Below, one piece after another: positions 63,083 to 64,000 of a DNA stretch of 64,000 nt. The notes below the pieces were generated by a model. The model saw nothing but the letters and a program-made list of their open reading frames with translations, was not told where the DNA came from and did not search any database. The first letter of the stretch is position 1. Every line of letters begins with the position of its first letter. The stretch lies in contig NC_088857.1 of the NCBI RefSeq assembly GCF_963853765.1, forward strand, positions 12,834,001-12,898,000. The letters are read 5' to 3'. The position numbers were made by a program, and so were the translations under genes. The stretch is from Magallana gigas. Its lineage: Eukaryota.

Positions 63083-64000
63083 GTATATGTACTATGTACT
63101 CTGTTGTTATATTGATTCCTCCGACAATATGCAGTGGAGCTATTTTTATTTTATTTTTGTTCGACCTTCTGACAAAATGTAGAGCAATTCTATCAGATCA
63201 ACCCACAGACAAAATGTCAATTTATTTATTTAATGAATTTTTTAAAAAAAATCATTAAGTAAAAATCTTGTAAAAATTTGTGTGGAAAGTAAGACCGAGA
63301 TTAACATACATCATTGAACTGACTATCAACCAGATCAAAACAGGCTTTTGATGTAAGCTAGCATACATTGGATCAAGTTTGTAAGCCTGTCATCCAGAAA
63401 AATAGATCCTTTTATCTGGGGAAATGAAGCCTTTATTATTATCAATACCTAATGGATTTTCAGTTTTACAGAGTCCTAGATTAAAGATATTAAATTGTAT
63501 TTTTTAATGTTGATCTTCCCATTTGTCTCAAACAACATATTACTGTAAGGTAAAAACAAATTTTGGGGTCATTCCAGGAAGCCTTCTCAAAATATGTCAA
63601 GGTTCCATCATCATTCATCAAGGTCAAACATTGCAACATTTGGAATAACTGGTCAGGTTCCTTTTAACATAACTATAACATTAGTACTCATAAAAGAAGT
63701 TCAAATAGTTGTCACTTCTTTGCCTAAACATGAGCTTGATAAATATGATTAATTTAGGATTGTACATTTTGATATTTTTTAGGACTCAATAATGTTAAAA
63801 TGTACCCTCCCATCCCCAGAATTTTTTATACTTTAATATTAGGTTGAAGAATATTTCCTGATTTTTTCATTGGATAATTATCAATTCATTGTGGGGTTTT
63901 TTTTTTTGTTTATCCAAAAGAACTTGTTGGATAAAAAATTATATCCATTCAATGGTTTGAATTGACTGAATTCTTAGGACACAACCTATGTTCATGCAGA

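Overview
AT-rich, intron-containing animal genomic DNA, most likely an oyster (inferred from Cg170/Helentron-like repeats, a perlucin-like lectin pair and the gene set). From left to right: a 21-bp/105-bp satellite array with an internal inversion (1-5525); FAIM (+, 4 coding exons); a six-exon secreted protein with LPMO-like histidine-brace hallmarks (-; one exon runs into the 140-N gap); head-to-head with it, a 12-exon CBM39-like + GH16 beta-1,3-glucanase (+); two tandem C-type lectin paralogs (+), the second carrying an antisense Ty3/Gypsy LTR element in intron 3; ERGIC3 (-, 12 exons, one predicted GC-AG intron, intronic tRNA-Pro(CGG)); and the start of an unidentified secreted-protein gene (+). 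The Gypsy element has both LTRs, a 4-bp TSD and a tRNA-Leu PBS, lacks RT/RNase H, and carries an extra zinc-finger ORF at the env position. Many non-autonomous DNA transposons are present, several with TTAA flanks and internal tRNA-like cassettes. All gene models were assembled by hand from splice signals and reading-frame continuity. No database search was run.
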